A program made the position numbers and the translations under genes. The notes below the pieces were generated by a model. The model was given only the letters and a program-made list of their open reading frames with translations, was not told the DNA's origin and did no database searches. Below are positions 36,901-46,582 of a DNA stretch of 64,000 bases, piece after piece. Origin of the DNA: an uncultured bacterium (GTDB taxonomy: Bacteria; Hydrothermota; UBA3073; NMUJ01; CBEVQO01); contig CBEVQO010000004.1 in the NCBI GenBank assembly GCA_965552055.1, forward strand, positions 96,001 to 160,000, written 5' to 3'. Numbering within the stretch: position 1 is the first letter of the stretch; each line of letters begins with the position of its first letter.

Positions 36901-37273
36901 CCTAATGGCAACGGTAATCATGGATGGAGATGCGGTGGCTGATAATAATACTGTTACAAAAACTGTCTATCAAATTGCAATCGCAGAAGTCAAACCGCAG
37001 TTTGTCCTTTATCCGAGCTATCCTAACCCAATGACCAGGAAAGCGGTGATAAAATTCGGTGTGCCCGAGAGAACACATGTGAGCCTCAAGATTTATGACA
37101 TAACAGGAAGATTGGTGAGAACACTCAAAGATGCTACACTGGATGCCGGTTACTACACTGTAACCTGGGATGGTAGAGATAACAAAGGCAGACCTGTTGC
37201 TACCGGAGTTTACTTCTATCGTCTTGAGGCTGCCGGTAAGATTGCCACGAAGAAGCTCGTTCGCCTTAAGTAA
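33977..37273 (+). CDS. Large secreted surface protein with CARDB/Ig-like and FlgD-Ig/T9SS C-terminal domains
   Basis: Signal peptide; FLDNGGKLFLTGQD module; EENASND repeats; PSYPNPM...IYDITGRLVRTL...WDGRDNKGRPVATGVYFYRL. Confidence 0.8.
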   Translation: MRKCLYLLVSLLLAGSVYGRLMLLRSDGRAMPLKSVKEAVLSHGYTKMKIDDAIRVDKAKTPDVFSQVEKGAKGVQMTLSYHGPSRYYCPYRAPGSLILGWFTPPAACSILAVRAEFYSDGQCKGYIWNSPFPYVAGMDQSAANDSIAKYFVFDPDSGYNPNGWVETPDVLAGPFVISSSGYGWVQVDLVPIDVGENSFFFGYILEEPTSGKPYPLSDDLTNQYLPARSYHYRTGSLYSGAAYFDWYFNLTGDPWGNYAGNWMLEVVVNVYGNPPPMVYHDQLPYTYYAGPYKVRALIIDYGTTDYPAGVDTVFLYYADPNVFDPQDPTTYDSVAMTLVSGAADSGVYEADLPALSLYEEWLYWIEARDVEPRTGTWPAPGRWAPAIMGRLSKTPYYSSLVVIPSTGVTDIYAVDDIMTNTFHQDYDFWFCEDWLYPDSSVINAYQCVEWWTWSDDYILQSESALRTFLDNGGKLFLTGQDVLYPFVGTYDTVMVTSGNFVYDYLKLEKVTDDNVCQEEPLTISGVSGDEITGEFVDSNWTLYYDPMDAWVSGDVWMGTAVPIEGAGVDTIFMDEYDNAVGFKYADASGYKYVLNYFQTDACVDTLTLHPVWGSYYGILSWDAQKLRMFMDNMMGWFGIPKIGIDGAAIAVTAPEVAGLSRGYIAPVSVTVGNMGCDTHAYHVELHADIPFAYEWISSDASDTIDTSYILTIIQMDTSSPLASYMSEDVPFAPIYLWDTVIFKGSAETETVVIPPSSPVTLTGIINSEDTIVTYNNIAQFSVTIVPCTIDVHPVSLTGYAYANLSSVISVDVTQDGSDDITNVPVCICTSGGKWFEDTISSIGYGDIVTLAFEFTAGDTLDTIFFYAVTNAAGEENASNDTSAIYYLVPVAYYDAFVCSLKTPVTVHYGDTNTAEVKVGNYNSYDREFKVAFTVTHKGTILVAADTQDVLIGRLDTTTVTFNWVSNVWEEGAAYDLMATVIMDGDAVADNNTVTKTVYQIAIAEVKPQFVLYPSYPNPMTRKAVIKFGVPERTHVSLKIYDITGRLVRTLKDATLDAGYYTVTWDGRDNKGRPVATGVYFYRLEAAGKIATKKLVRLK

Positions 37274-37288
37274 GCACTGATAGCAGCG

Positions 37289-37327
37289 GGGAGGCAGGTT
37301 CGATTCGCCTGCCTCCCTTTATTTTTT
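37289..37327 (+). terminator. Rho-independent terminator ending the TonB/PorV operon
   Basis: GGGAGGCAGG-9nt-CCTGCCTCCC followed by TTTATTTTTT. Confidence 0.85.
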
Positions 37328-37378
37328 ATAATAACTTAATTATTTGTTGACAAATTCACATTTTTATTAAATTATTTG

Positions 37379-38722
37379 GTGAGCCATTTCATCCCAATAA
37401 CTCCCGAAGAAAAAAAAGAGATGCTTAAAAAAATCGGTGTTAAAAATTTCGAAGAATTGATAAATACTATTATTCCTGAAGAAATAAGATTAAAGGGAGA
37501 ACTCGATTTACCGGAAAGTTTATCGGAACTTGAAGTAAAAAGAGAGGTGGAAAAAATTGCCAATTTAAATGTTTCGACGGATTCTTTTATAAATTTCATG
37601 GGTGCAGGTGCTTATGACCATTTCATTCCATCTGCTGTTTTTCACATAATAAGCAGACCTGAATTTTACACCGCTTATACTCCCTATCAGGCAGAAGCAT
37701 CTCAGGGCACATTACAGGCGCTTTACGAATATCAATCCATGATTTGTGAATTGATGGAAATGGATGTTGCCAATTCTTCAATGTATGATGGTGGAACTGC
37801 TATTGCTGAAGCATGTCGCATGGCACTCGCAATTAAAAAAGGAGAAAAGGTACTCGTAGCAGGCACCCTTCATCCTTATTATTTGCGATGCATAAAAACA
37901 TATCTTTCTGAAGAAAAAGTTTTAATATGTCCGGAAAAAGGTGGTCAGATAGATATTGAGAAATTAGATGAATTAATGAAAGATGCATGTGCTTTTGTTT
38001 GTCAGAGTCCGAATTTTTATGGCGTTCTTGAAGAAGTATTTGATATAAGCGAAATTGTTCACAAAAATGGAGGTTTATTAATTGCTGTTCCTTTGCCCAT
38101 TTCTCTTGGTTTACTTTCACCTCCCGGTGAATATGATGCGGATATTGTGGCATGTGAGGGTCAAACACTTGGTTTACCGTTGAATTTTGGTGGTCCTTAT
38201 CTTGGCATTTTATGTGCCAGACGCGAATTCATAAGATACATGCCGGGTAGAATTATTGGAAGGACAGTGGATAAGGATGGCAAAGATGCTTTTTGTATGG
38301 TATTACAGACAAGGGAGCAACATATAAGGCGTGCACGAGCAACATCCAACATCTGCACAAATCAAACGCTTTGTGCAATAGCATCTGCTGTTTATCTTGC
38401 ACTTATGGGTAAGGAAGGTTTGCGTGAAGTCGCAGAACTATGCATGCAAAAAGCCCATTATCTTGCAGAAAAAATAGAAGAAATAGAAGGATTTAATTTG
38501 AAATATAAAAAGCCATTTTTTAATGAATTTGTGGTTGAAACACCTTTACCTGCTTTGGAAATTTGTGAGAAATTGAAAGATAAGAAGATATTCGCCGGAG
38601 TGCCTTTGAGTAAATTTTATCCGGAAAGAGAAAAAGAATTGTTGATAGCGGTTACCGAGAAGCGCACTAAGTGTGAGCTCGATAATTTTGTTGAACTTTT
38701 GAATACTTTTAAAGTGGCTTGA
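37379..38722 (+). CDS. gcvPA: Glycine dehydrogenase (decarboxylating) subunit 1
   Basis: FMGAGAYDHFIP, FYTAYTPYQAEASQG, NSSMYDG, FGGPYLG, TREQHIRRARATSNICTNQ; start GTG 37379 or TTG 37376. Confidence 0.95.
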   Translation: MSHFIPITPEEKKEMLKKIGVKNFEELINTIIPEEIRLKGELDLPESLSELEVKREVEKIANLNVSTDSFINFMGAGAYDHFIPSAVFHIISRPEFYTAYTPYQAEASQGTLQALYEYQSMICELMEMDVANSSMYDGGTAIAEACRMALAIKKGEKVLVAGTLHPYYLRCIKTYLSEEKVLICPEKGGQIDIEKLDELMKDACAFVCQSPNFYGVLEEVFDISEIVHKNGGLLIAVPLPISLGLLSPPGEYDADIVACEGQTLGLPLNFGGPYLGILCARREFIRYMPGRIIGRTVDKDGKDAFCMVLQTREQHIRRARATSNICTNQTLCAIASAVYLALMGKEGLREVAELCMQKAHYLAEKIEEIEGFNLKYKKPFFNEFVVETPLPALEICEKLKDKKIFAGVPLSKFYPEREKELLIAVTEKRTKCELDNFVELLNTFKVA

Positions 38723-38760
38723 CAAATCTATGGTATGATTAATATTATTGGGGGGAGAAA

Positions 38761-39354
38761 ATGCCTGAGACGAAGATTGAGAAAAAGAAGCTCGAAGAGA
38801 CGATAAGAAAAGCGGTGAAAGAAATTCTTCTGGAGACATTAATAGAAGAGGATGCATTCAGGAAATTTGAGTTAAGCACGGCAGGAAGAGTGATAAGAAT
38901 AGAAGAGAAGCTGGATAAATTTGTGACCAAAGAAGAGTTTCAGAAAGCGATAGGTGAATTGAACAAAAGAATAGATGTGAAGACAGCGGAGACCAATAAA
39001 AGGATAGATGAGAAGACGGCGGAGACCAATAAAAGGATAGATGAGAAGATAGCTGAAGTTAATAAAAGGATAGATGAGAAGACGGCGGAGACCAATAAAA
39101 GGATAGATGAGAAGATAGCTGAAGTTAATAAAAGGATAGATGAGAAGACGGCGGAGACCAACAGGAGGATAGATGAGAAGATAGCTGAAGTTAACAAGAG
39201 GATAGATGAAAAGACGGCGGAGACTAACAAGAGGCTAGATGAGAAGATAGCTGAAGTTAACAGGAGGATTGACAAATTATTGTGGCTACTAGTTGGGGCA
39301 TTATTAGGAATAATTGGCACTCTAATAACCGCAATTTTTAACTTATTAAGATAG
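38761..39354 (+). CDS. C-terminally membrane-anchored coiled-coil protein (DUF1640/CCDC90-like)
   Basis: FVTKEEF beta-layer-like motif, 11-aa repeats, C-terminal TM LLWLLVGALLGIIGTLITAIF. Confidence 0.75.
   Translation: MPETKIEKKKLEETIRKAVKEILLETLIEEDAFRKFELSTAGRVIRIEEKLDKFVTKEEFQKAIGELNKRIDVKTAETNKRIDEKTAETNKRIDEKIAEVNKRIDEKTAETNKRIDEKIAEVNKRIDEKTAETNRRIDEKIAEVNKRIDEKTAETNKRLDEKIAEVNRRIDKLLWLLVGALLGIIGTLITAIFNLLR
38980..39276 (+). repeat. Intragenic tandem repeat, 9 x 33 bp, two alternating unit types
   Basis: AAGACGGCGGAGACCAATAAAAGGATAGATGAG alternating with AAGATAGCTGAAGTTAATAAAAGGATAGATGAG. Confidence 0.92.
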
Positions 39355-39358
39355 AGGA

Positions 39359-40111
39359 CTAATATTTTTTGAAAAAATTTATTGCGTTATCCACGAATTT
39401 TTCTGCTTCTTCTATTAAATTTTTTATTTTTTCTTTGGATATCTCTTTTTTAACTTTATTCCAGTTTTTTCTGTATTTAAACAACTCTTCTATTATTTCG
39501 CTATTTAGTTGCGGAAAGATTTCTTTTATCTTTTGTGGTATTTCGCTTGTTTTCACGAAAATGTTTTTAAAAGCAAGCATATCCTGACAGCAATTTTTAA
39601 TTCTCCTTATGCAGAGCCGTAATTTTTCATAATTATATTCTTCTAATTTTGTGAACTGTTCTTTAAAAAGTTTCAGCCATTTTATCACATCCTCTGGTTG
39701 CAATTTGATTTCTGGTATAAGTTTTCTAAAATCCCATCCGTATATTATTTTTCCTGTATTTTTTGTCAGATGTAAAGAAACTTTGTCGAGTGTGAATCCG
39801 AACTCTCCGTGAGCAGAATTTATAATCACAGGTAGTTCTTTATATTTAATCCATTCTTTCAATTCTTCTTTTGTAATGAGTATCCATCCTACATCGCATT
39901 GTGGATATTTTTCTCTTTCATTTAACATAAATTTGGTTATCTCTTTTAAATTTTCAAAATTTTTTGCAATTATGAAAATATCTGCGTCACTCCATCCTTC
40001 TATCCAGTCACCTGTTGCCAGACTGCCCTGCAAAAGCAAAGATAAAAGTCCTTTAACATCAGGAGCTTTTTCACGCAAATCCTTTATGAGATTTTCAAAC
40101 GAATCTTTCAT
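39359..40111 (-). CDS. Nucleotidyltransferase-domain (Pol-beta-like) protein with helical C-terminal domain
   Basis: LLQGSLATGDWIEGWSDADIFII = hGS..xDxD motif. Confidence 0.75.
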   Translation of the reverse strand: MKDSFENLIKDLREKAPDVKGLLSLLLQGSLATGDWIEGWSDADIFIIAKNFENLKEITKFMLNEREKYPQCDVGWILITKEELKEWIKYKELPVIINSAHGEFGFTLDKVSLHLTKNTGKIIYGWDFRKLIPEIKLQPEDVIKWLKLFKEQFTKLEEYNYEKLRLCIRRIKNCCQDMLAFKNIFVKTSEIPQKIKEIFPQLNSEIIEELFKYRKNWNKVKKEISKEKIKNLIEEAEKFVDNAINFFKKY

Positions 40112-41219
40112 AAAATTTTATCAATCTTTTTATTAGCAAATCTTTTTCGAAAAATTTTTCTCTTTCCCTTAATTTATCTTTGATTTTCCCTTTATCAAAT
40201 TTGTCCCAATTTTCCAATATCCGGATTAATTCTTCTGTTTTATCATAGTAAATGCCGGCATCTTTTAAAATTTCTCTATGTATTTTTGTATCTTTTGCGA
40301 TTACAGGTAGTCCTGCCTTTATGTAATTTATTACTTTTCCATCTGCTTCGCATTCCGATTTCTTAGGTGCAAGCGCTACATCGCCTATACTTAAATATCT
40401 ATGAGCTTCAAAATAATCTATCTTCCCTGTGAAAATAACATTTTTTAAATCTTTTGCTCTCTCTTTGTATTTATCCTCTGGATAGCCCATTATTACAAAT
40501 TTCCATTTTTTTAATTTCTCTGCTGCTTCAAGAATTGCTGGCACTCCCTGATAATCGGTTAAAATTCCAAGATATACCGCGATTTTGTCTTTTTCGGATA
40601 AATTCAATTTTTTCATAATTTCTTTATTCTTTGAAGTTTTAAATCTTTCGGGTGCAAAATCCCATATTGTTTCTACATTTTTTAGCCCTTTACTTTTCAA
40701 ATATTGAGTAAAGATTTCGGAAGATGTAGTTATACCTGTCATTAATTTTAATAATCTAATCTCGAATATGTCAACTATTTTTTTGAGTAATTTTAAGAAT
40801 TTCCAGCCATGTTGTATTACTTCACACGCAAATTTGCCCTGAAAATCACAAATCACAGGTATTTTCTTCATAATTTTTATGGGCAATGTTATAAATGCTC
40901 CTTCAAGTAAAAAAGCGTGTATCAAATTGGGCTTAAATTTACAGACTTCTTTAAATGTTTTTAAAATCATCAAAAAATCAAGGAAGAATTTTAGAAAATG
41001 TGGACCTGGTTCTGTTTTTTTAAAGGGCAAAATAGGAGGTATTCTCACGATGTCGAGACCTTTTAAATTTTCTCCTTCAGGATAAGTTAAGATTTTTATT
41101 ATAAAATTTCTTTCTTTTAAAGCGTTTGCTATTTCATAAATTCTTATGTGACAACCTCTATGTGCGAAGAAAGGTGTGGGTGCCACTATCAATATTTTAA
41201 AGTATTTCTTCTGTGACAT
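40095..41219 (-). CDS. Glycosyltransferase family 4
   Basis: APTPFFAHRGCHIRIYE, YLGILTDYQGV, GKVINYIKAGLPVIA. Confidence 0.85.
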   Translation of the reverse strand: MSQKKYFKILIVAPTPFFAHRGCHIRIYEIANALKERNFIIKILTYPEGENLKGLDIVRIPPILPFKKTEPGPHFLKFFLDFLMILKTFKEVCKFKPNLIHAFLLEGAFITLPIKIMKKIPVICDFQGKFACEVIQHGWKFLKLLKKIVDIFEIRLLKLMTGITTSSEIFTQYLKSKGLKNVETIWDFAPERFKTSKNKEIMKKLNLSEKDKIAVYLGILTDYQGVPAILEAAEKLKKWKFVIMGYPEDKYKERAKDLKNVIFTGKIDYFEAHRYLSIGDVALAPKKSECEADGKVINYIKAGLPVIAKDTKIHREILKDAGIYYDKTEELIRILENWDKFDKGKIKDKLREREKFFEKDLLIKRLIKFYERFV

Positions 41220-42141
41220 AAATCGGGAATTTTTCCTGTAAATAGGCAGTGTAACAAATCATTTCTCCGATAATTGCAAGAATTATTAAAAGGAAGCCAC
41301 AGATAATTGTGAGTATTGTGAGATAAAGCAAAGGGTTTCCTGTCATATCTATTCCCCTTTTTAATTTCATCCAGATTGTGAGAATTCCACTTATTAAAGC
41401 AATTAAAAAACTCAAGATACCAATGAAGCCGATTTGCTGGATGGGGGTTTTAAATCCAGAGTGATAAAATTTTGCAATTATTATATCGGGAATTACCCTG
41501 AATATTTTTGATACGCCATACTTTGATTTTCCATGAAGTCTTTTGTTATGTTTTACTTTTATTTCTGTGATTTTACATCCCTGCCATGCAAGTAATGCAG
41601 GAAGGAAACGGTGAAGTTCACCATAAAGTTTTATTCTTTTGAGATATTTTGCTTTATAGGCTTTTAAAGTGCATCCAAAATCATGCAAGTTGACACCTGT
41701 TAAAGATGCGATTATTTTATTTGCTATTTTTGATGCTATTTTCAACCAAAACGGGTCTTTTCTTTTGTATCTCCATCCACTGACTACATCTGCTCCTTTT
41801 TCGATTTCATTGAGTAAACGGGGGATATCTTCCGGGTCATTTTGCAAATCGGCATCCATCGTTATTATGATTTCACCTTTGGCAATGTCGATACCTGCCT
41901 GCAACGCTGATGTCTGTCCAAAATTGCGACTTAATTTTACAACTTTTACAAGTTCTTTCTCCTTACTTTTAATTTCTTTCAAAATTTCAAAACTGCCATC
42001 CGTACTTCCGTCATCTACAAAAATAATCTCAAATTTTTTATTAATTTGATTGATTACAGATTTTAATTTTTCGAAAAGTGGAATTAAATTTTCTTTCTCA
42101 TTGTATAGTGGAATAACGACAGAGACATCTATTTCCTGCAT
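41197..42141 (-). CDS. Glycosyltransferase family 2 (polyprenol-phosphate glycosyltransferase-like)
   Basis: SVVIPLYNE, FVDDGSTDGS, RNFGQTSA, MDADLQNDP, two C-terminal TMs. Confidence 0.9.
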   Translation of the reverse strand: MQEIDVSVVIPLYNEKENLIPLFEKLKSVINQINKKFEIIFVDDGSTDGSFEILKEIKSKEKELVKVVKLSRNFGQTSALQAGIDIAKGEIIITMDADLQNDPEDIPRLLNEIEKGADVVSGWRYKRKDPFWLKIASKIANKIIASLTGVNLHDFGCTLKAYKAKYLKRIKLYGELHRFLPALLAWQGCKITEIKVKHNKRLHGKSKYGVSKIFRVIPDIIIAKFYHSGFKTPIQQIGFIGILSFLIALISGILTIWMKLKRGIDMTGNPLLYLTILTIICGFLLIILAIIGEMICYTAYLQEKFPIYVTEEIL

Positions 42142-42416
42142 TTTAATTTGAAGATTACCGTTCCTCCTCCTGTTTTCTCACATGGGTCAAGGCATTGGAC
42201 ATAAGCTACTCCTTCTTCTTTCGCTAAACCAAGTATCCTCGGGTCAACCCCTTTTGATAGTGCAACATAATACGGCATTATAGATGCGAGTGAATGCATG
42301 CATATTTCTTTTTCCGTTATTAATTTATAGCCCTCTTTTATTATGAATTTATCTCCTACTTTGTAAACAGGGCAATTGCCTTTTATTTCTACTACTTCTA
42401 CAATTATATCAGCCAT
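42129..42416 (-). CDS. TIGR04076-like small Cys-containing protein
   Basis: VVEIKGNCPVYKVGDKF...ICMHSL...QCLDP...GGTVIF. Confidence 0.75.
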   Translation of the reverse strand: MADIIVEVVEIKGNCPVYKVGDKFIIKEGYKLITEKEICMHSLASIMPYYVALSKGVDPRILGLAKEEGVAYVQCLDPCEKTGGGTVIFKLKCRK

Positions 42417-43347
42417 AACAAATTCTTGTTCCAGCTTCTCCTTTTATAGCTTCTTCTAACTTTTGTGGTGATGTTATTATTGCCGGATTCTCTGTTTTCT
42501 TTACAAATTGTATGCAAGCTCTAATTTTTGGTGCCATACTTCCTTCAGCGAAATGTCCTTCTTTTAGATATTTTTCTGCTTCTTCAGGGGTCATTTTTCT
42601 GATAGCCCTTTGAGTTAGTTTGCCGAAATCAAGATAAACTTCGTCCACAGCTGTTGATATAAGGAAGAGGTCAGCATTTAATTCTATTGCAAGTAAACTT
42701 GATGCGAGATCTTTGTCAATCACTGCCTCTACTCCTATTAACTCATTATCTTTTTCAATTACCGGTATGCCACCGCCTCCGACCGCGATTACAACGGCTC
42801 CTGATTTTATCAAAGATTTTATTGCTTCGATTTCTATAATTTTCTTTGGGATGGGTGAAGGCACCACTCTTCTCCATCCCCTACCTGCGTCTTCTTTCAC
42901 AATCCAGCCGTTTTCTCTTGCTCTTTCTTCTGCTTCTTCTTTGGTCATAAAAGGACCTATGGGTTTTGTGGGATTTGAGAAAGCAGGGTCATTTTCGTCA
43001 ACTATTACCTGGGTTACCACGGTTGCCACTTCTTTTTTAATTCTCCTGTTTTTGAATTCATTTTTTAATGCTCTTTGAATTATGTATCCTATCAAGCCCT
43101 GTGATGATGCACCGCAGGCATCGAGAGGGTCAGGCGGTATTAATTTGCGTGTAAATTCCGAGCGGATAAGTAAAAAGCCCACCTGTGGACCGTTACCATG
43201 GGTTATCACAATATCATGTCCTTTTTCAATGAGATTTGCAATGTGTTTACAGGTTTCTTTTACAGTTTCGCACTGGTCTTTAAAACTTTGATGCTTTTTA
43301 TCACGAATTAAAGAATTACCGCCTATTGCAAGTACAATTTTCATCAT
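42409..43347 (-). CDS. arcC: Carbamate kinase
   Basis: LAIGGNSL, ITHGNGPQVG, PTKPIGPF, GWRRVVPSP, GGGGIPV, AVIDKD, GSMAPKI. Confidence 0.95.
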   Translation of the reverse strand: MMKIVLAIGGNSLIRDKKHQSFKDQCETVKETCKHIANLIEKGHDIVITHGNGPQVGFLLIRSEFTRKLIPPDPLDACGASSQGLIGYIIQRALKNEFKNRRIKKEVATVVTQVIVDENDPAFSNPTKPIGPFMTKEEAEERARENGWIVKEDAGRGWRRVVPSPIPKKIIEIEAIKSLIKSGAVVIAVGGGGIPVIEKDNELIGVEAVIDKDLASSLLAIELNADLFLISTAVDEVYLDFGKLTQRAIRKMTPEEAEKYLKEGHFAEGSMAPKIRACIQFVKKTENPAIITSPQKLEEAIKGEAGTRICYG

Positions 43348-44414
43348 CTAAATGCTTTATGTAATCTTTTTAATGCTTCTAATTTTTCTCTATTTCCTAT
43401 TTTTGCGGATTTTATTGCCGTTTCCAATATCGTAATTGTTTTCTCATAAGTTTCTCTATCAACAGGATATGGGTGGCCGTCTTTTCCACCGTGTGCGAAG
43501 CTAAATCGTGCGGGGTCACGAAAACTCACAGGTTCGCCATAAATTAGTTCGGATGTTAAAGCAAGCGCTCTAATCGTTTTGGGACCTACTCCTTCAATCG
43601 CTAATAACTCTTCATAATTTTCGGGACTTCTCAAATAAGTTTTCAATAATGTTTTTGATAATCTTTTAGGGTCAATATCTTTGATTAGCATCTGATGTCT
43701 TGGTGGCAATTTCAGGACTTCAATTTTTTTAAATTCTTTTAAAGCTTTTGCCGGATTTTTTGCGAGTTCTACTATAACTTCCTGAGCCCCTTTACTTTCT
43801 TTTGCTACGGTATTTAATACATTTTTTTCAAATTTTTGTGTGGCTATTGCTGAATGAGGTTCCACAACAAAAGATTTAAGGTCATCACTTAACCAGTGGT
43901 ATCTTCTTGCATACAAATTTTGAGTATTCATCCCTTGCTGGATTACTGTCCATTTGCCATCATCCGTGAAAATTATTGTGTGATGATATAATTCATAGCC
44001 ATCCTGAAGCGCAACATTATCGACTTTTGCTGACATTCTGCTTGCATAAATTAATTTTTCGGGTGATATTTTTAAATACTTTTCCGTTTTTAAAATGTCT
44101 TCGGGTGTTTTTAAGGCAGTTTTGCCTTTACCTCCACCCATGAAGATTCCGATATCTTTTCCTATGTCTTTTAATGCTTCTTTTATCGCACCGCAAACAG
44201 TTGTTGTAAGTCCTGATGAATGCCAGTCAAATCCCAGCAAGTTTCCAAGTGCTTGAAACCAGTATGGTGATGATAATCTCCTTATAAATTCGTATTTTCC
44301 AAATTCATCTGTTAATGCGATTATAATAGCTCTGCTTAACTTTACCATATTTTCAAATAGCCATCTCGGTGCTTTCCCTGTATGTAACGGCAGATATGCT
44401 ACACCGCTACGCAT
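43344..44414 (-). CDS. DUF763 domain-containing protein
   Basis: LPLHTGKAPRWLF, GFDWHSSGLTT, VIQQGMN, FSFAHGGKDGHP; HhH-like IEGVGPKT. Confidence 0.85.
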   Translation of the reverse strand: MRSGVAYLPLHTGKAPRWLFENMVKLSRAIIIALTDEFGKYEFIRRLSSPYWFQALGNLLGFDWHSSGLTTTVCGAIKEALKDIGKDIGIFMGGGKGKTALKTPEDILKTEKYLKISPEKLIYASRMSAKVDNVALQDGYELYHHTIIFTDDGKWTVIQQGMNTQNLYARRYHWLSDDLKSFVVEPHSAIATQKFEKNVLNTVAKESKGAQEVIVELAKNPAKALKEFKKIEVLKLPPRHQMLIKDIDPKRLSKTLLKTYLRSPENYEELLAIEGVGPKTIRALALTSELIYGEPVSFRDPARFSFAHGGKDGHPYPVDRETYEKTITILETAIKSAKIGNREKLEALKRLHKAFR

Positions 44415-45766
44415 TATATTACTTCGGCAAATTTCTTTTGCTCAATAAATGATGTATGAATGTTACCTTTTACGAAATCTTCGTCTTCCATTATTTTTCT
44501 GTGAAATGGGATTGTTGTTTTTATTCCTTCTATTATGAATTCATCGAGTGCTCTTTTCATTCTTTCAATTGCTTCTATTCTATCTTTTCCATGCACTATT
44601 AATTTTGCAATTAAAGAGTCGTAATGTGGTGGGATTGTATAGCCCTGATAGACATGGGTATCTACTCTTACACCGCCTCCTCCTGGCAGATATAACATCG
44701 TTATTTTACCGGGACATGGTTGAAAATTTTTATCAGGGTCTTCTGCATTTATTCTGCATTCAATAGCGTGTCCTTCTATTTTTACATCTTCCTGACGGAA
44801 AGAAAGAGGTTCTCCTGATGCTATTTTCAACTGCTCTTTTACAATATCAATTCCTGTTACAAATTCGGTTACAGGGTGTTCAACCTGAATCCTTGTATTC
44901 ATTTCGATAAAATAAAAATTTCCATCTTGGTCCATTAAAAACTCTACAGTACCTGCGCTAAAATATCCGATAGCTTGTGCTGCTTTTACAGCATATTCGC
45001 CTATTTTTTTGCGTAAGTCAGGTGTTACAATGGGAGAAGGCGCTTCTTCTATTAATTTTTGATGTTTCCTCTGGATTGAGCATTCTCTTTCACCAAGATG
45101 AACAACATTACCGTATTCGTCGCCTAATATTTGCACTTCTATATGTCTTGGTTTAATCAAATATTTTTCAATATAAATTCTCCCATCACCGAATGCAGAT
45201 TTAGCCTCCTGTTGTGCTACATTGAAAAATTTTTTAAGTTCGTCTTTATTGCGAGCGATTCTCATTCCTTTTCCTCCTCCGCCTGCTGCTGCTTTTATCA
45301 TCACCGGGAAACCTGCACTTTCTGCTATTTCCATTGCCTTATCAATATCTGTGACGGATTCATGACTACCGGGGATTACGGGCACACCTGCTTCTCTTAC
45401 CACTTCTTTTGCCATTATTTTATCGCCCATTAGTTTTATTGCATCTGCTGAAGGTCCTATAAATTTAAATCCATTTTCTTCGCATATTTGTGCAAATGTA
45501 GGGTTTTCTGCAAGAAAGCCATATCCGGGATGAATTGCATCTGCTCCTGTTACTTCGGCTGCACTTATTATTGCAGGTATATTTAAGTAACTTTTTGCAG
45601 GCGGCGGTGGACCGATACAAACAGCGTAATCCGCCAATCTAACATGCATCGAATCCCTATCTGCTTCTGAAAAAATAGCCACTGTTTCTATACCAAGTTC
45701 TTTACATGCACGAATAATACGGATAGCGATTTCTCCTCTGTTTGCAATTAATACTCTTTTTATCAT
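44414..45766 (-). CDS. accC: Acetyl-CoA carboxylase biotin carboxylase subunit
   Basis: [45 protein letters not shown]. Confidence 0.96.
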   Translation of the reverse strand: MIKRVLIANRGEIAIRIIRACKELGIETVAIFSEADRDSMHVRLADYAVCIGPPPPAKSYLNIPAIISAAEVTGADAIHPGYGFLAENPTFAQICEENGFKFIGPSADAIKLMGDKIMAKEVVREAGVPVIPGSHESVTDIDKAMEIAESAGFPVMIKAAAGGGGKGMRIARNKDELKKFFNVAQQEAKSAFGDGRIYIEKYLIKPRHIEVQILGDEYGNVVHLGERECSIQRKHQKLIEEAPSPIVTPDLRKKIGEYAVKAAQAIGYFSAGTVEFLMDQDGNFYFIEMNTRIQVEHPVTEFVTGIDIVKEQLKIASGEPLSFRQEDVKIEGHAIECRINAEDPDKNFQPCPGKITMLYLPGGGGVRVDTHVYQGYTIPPHYDSLIAKLIVHGKDRIEAIERMKRALDEFIIEGIKTTIPFHRKIMEDEDFVKGNIHTSFIEQKKFAEVI

Positions 45767-45767
45767 A

Positions 45768-46283
45768 TTACATTGGTTCTACAAGGAAAAGTTCCTGTCC
45801 ATATTCTACCGGTTGTTCGTTTTCTACCAGTATTTTTACGATTTTGCCTTTTACACCGGCAGGTATTTCGTTAAATACTTTCATTGCCTCGATTATACAT
45901 ACGATTGTATCTTCTTTTACTATGTCACCTACCTCTACATAGGGTTTTGCACCTGGTGCTGGTGCTCTGTAAAATGTTCCCACCATAGGAGAGCGTATTG
46001 CTACAAGTTCTTTTGCTTCTTTTTTCTCTTCTTTAACTTCTTTTACTTCGGGTTTTTCTTCTTTAATTTCTTCTTTGATTTCTTCTTTCTTTTCGACTTT
46101 TACAGGTTGGGCTTGCACCTGTGGTATTTGCTGTATCTGTGGCGTTATGATTTGAGGTATCGGTGTGCTTTCTTTCTTTTTACTAACTCTTATAGTTCTG
46201 AACCATGTTTTTATTTCGATTTCATCCACATCGCTTTTGCTCAATATTTCTGTTAATTTTTTTATTAATTCATCTAACTTCAT
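45768..46283 (-). CDS. accB: Biotin carboxyl carrier protein
   Basis: [23 protein letters not shown]. Confidence 0.95.
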   Translation of the reverse strand: MKLDELIKKLTEILSKSDVDEIEIKTWFRTIRVSKKKESTPIPQIITPQIQQIPQVQAQPVKVEKKEEIKEEIKEEKPEVKEVKEEKKEAKELVAIRSPMVGTFYRAPAPGAKPYVEVGDIVKEDTIVCIIEAMKVFNEIPAGVKGKIVKILVENEQPVEYGQELFLVEPM

Positions 46284-46582
46284 TCTGGTTTGAATCCTAT
46301 TATTTTTTTCTCGTGTGTTTCCTCTATTTTAATTTCTCCGAATCTTTCTTCGTATTTTTTGATATTTTCTTCGAGTGTTTTCAACAATCTTTTTGCGTGT
46401 GCCGGTGCCAGTATTATTCTTGCGTATATTTTTGTTTTTTTGAGTCCTGGCATTATTCTTGTGAAATCGATTACGAATTCCGTTGGTGAGTGGCTTACGA
46501 TTGCAAAGTTTGAGTATATTCCTTCGCCTTCTTTTTCCGGCACTTCAATTTGTATTTCTTGCATTTGCGGTCTTTCTTCCAT
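46280..46582 (-). CDS. DUF3467 domain-containing protein
   Basis: [20 protein letters not shown]...[12 protein letters not shown]...[11 protein letters not shown] 46582 after AAGGAG. Confidence 0.85.
   Translation of the reverse strand: MEERPQMQEIQIEVPEKEGEGIYSNFAIVSHSPTEFVIDFTRIMPGLKKTKIYARIILAPAHAKRLLKTLEENIKKYEERFGEIKIEETHEKKIIGFKPE

Noticed and set aside
38980..39276. 33-bp repeats as a CRISPR array
   Set aside because: No unique spacers; repeats are contiguous, in frame within a CDS; no cas genes
46010..46160. Low-complexity Glu/Lys/Gln/Pro tract in accB
   Set aside because: Ordinary flexible BCCP linker
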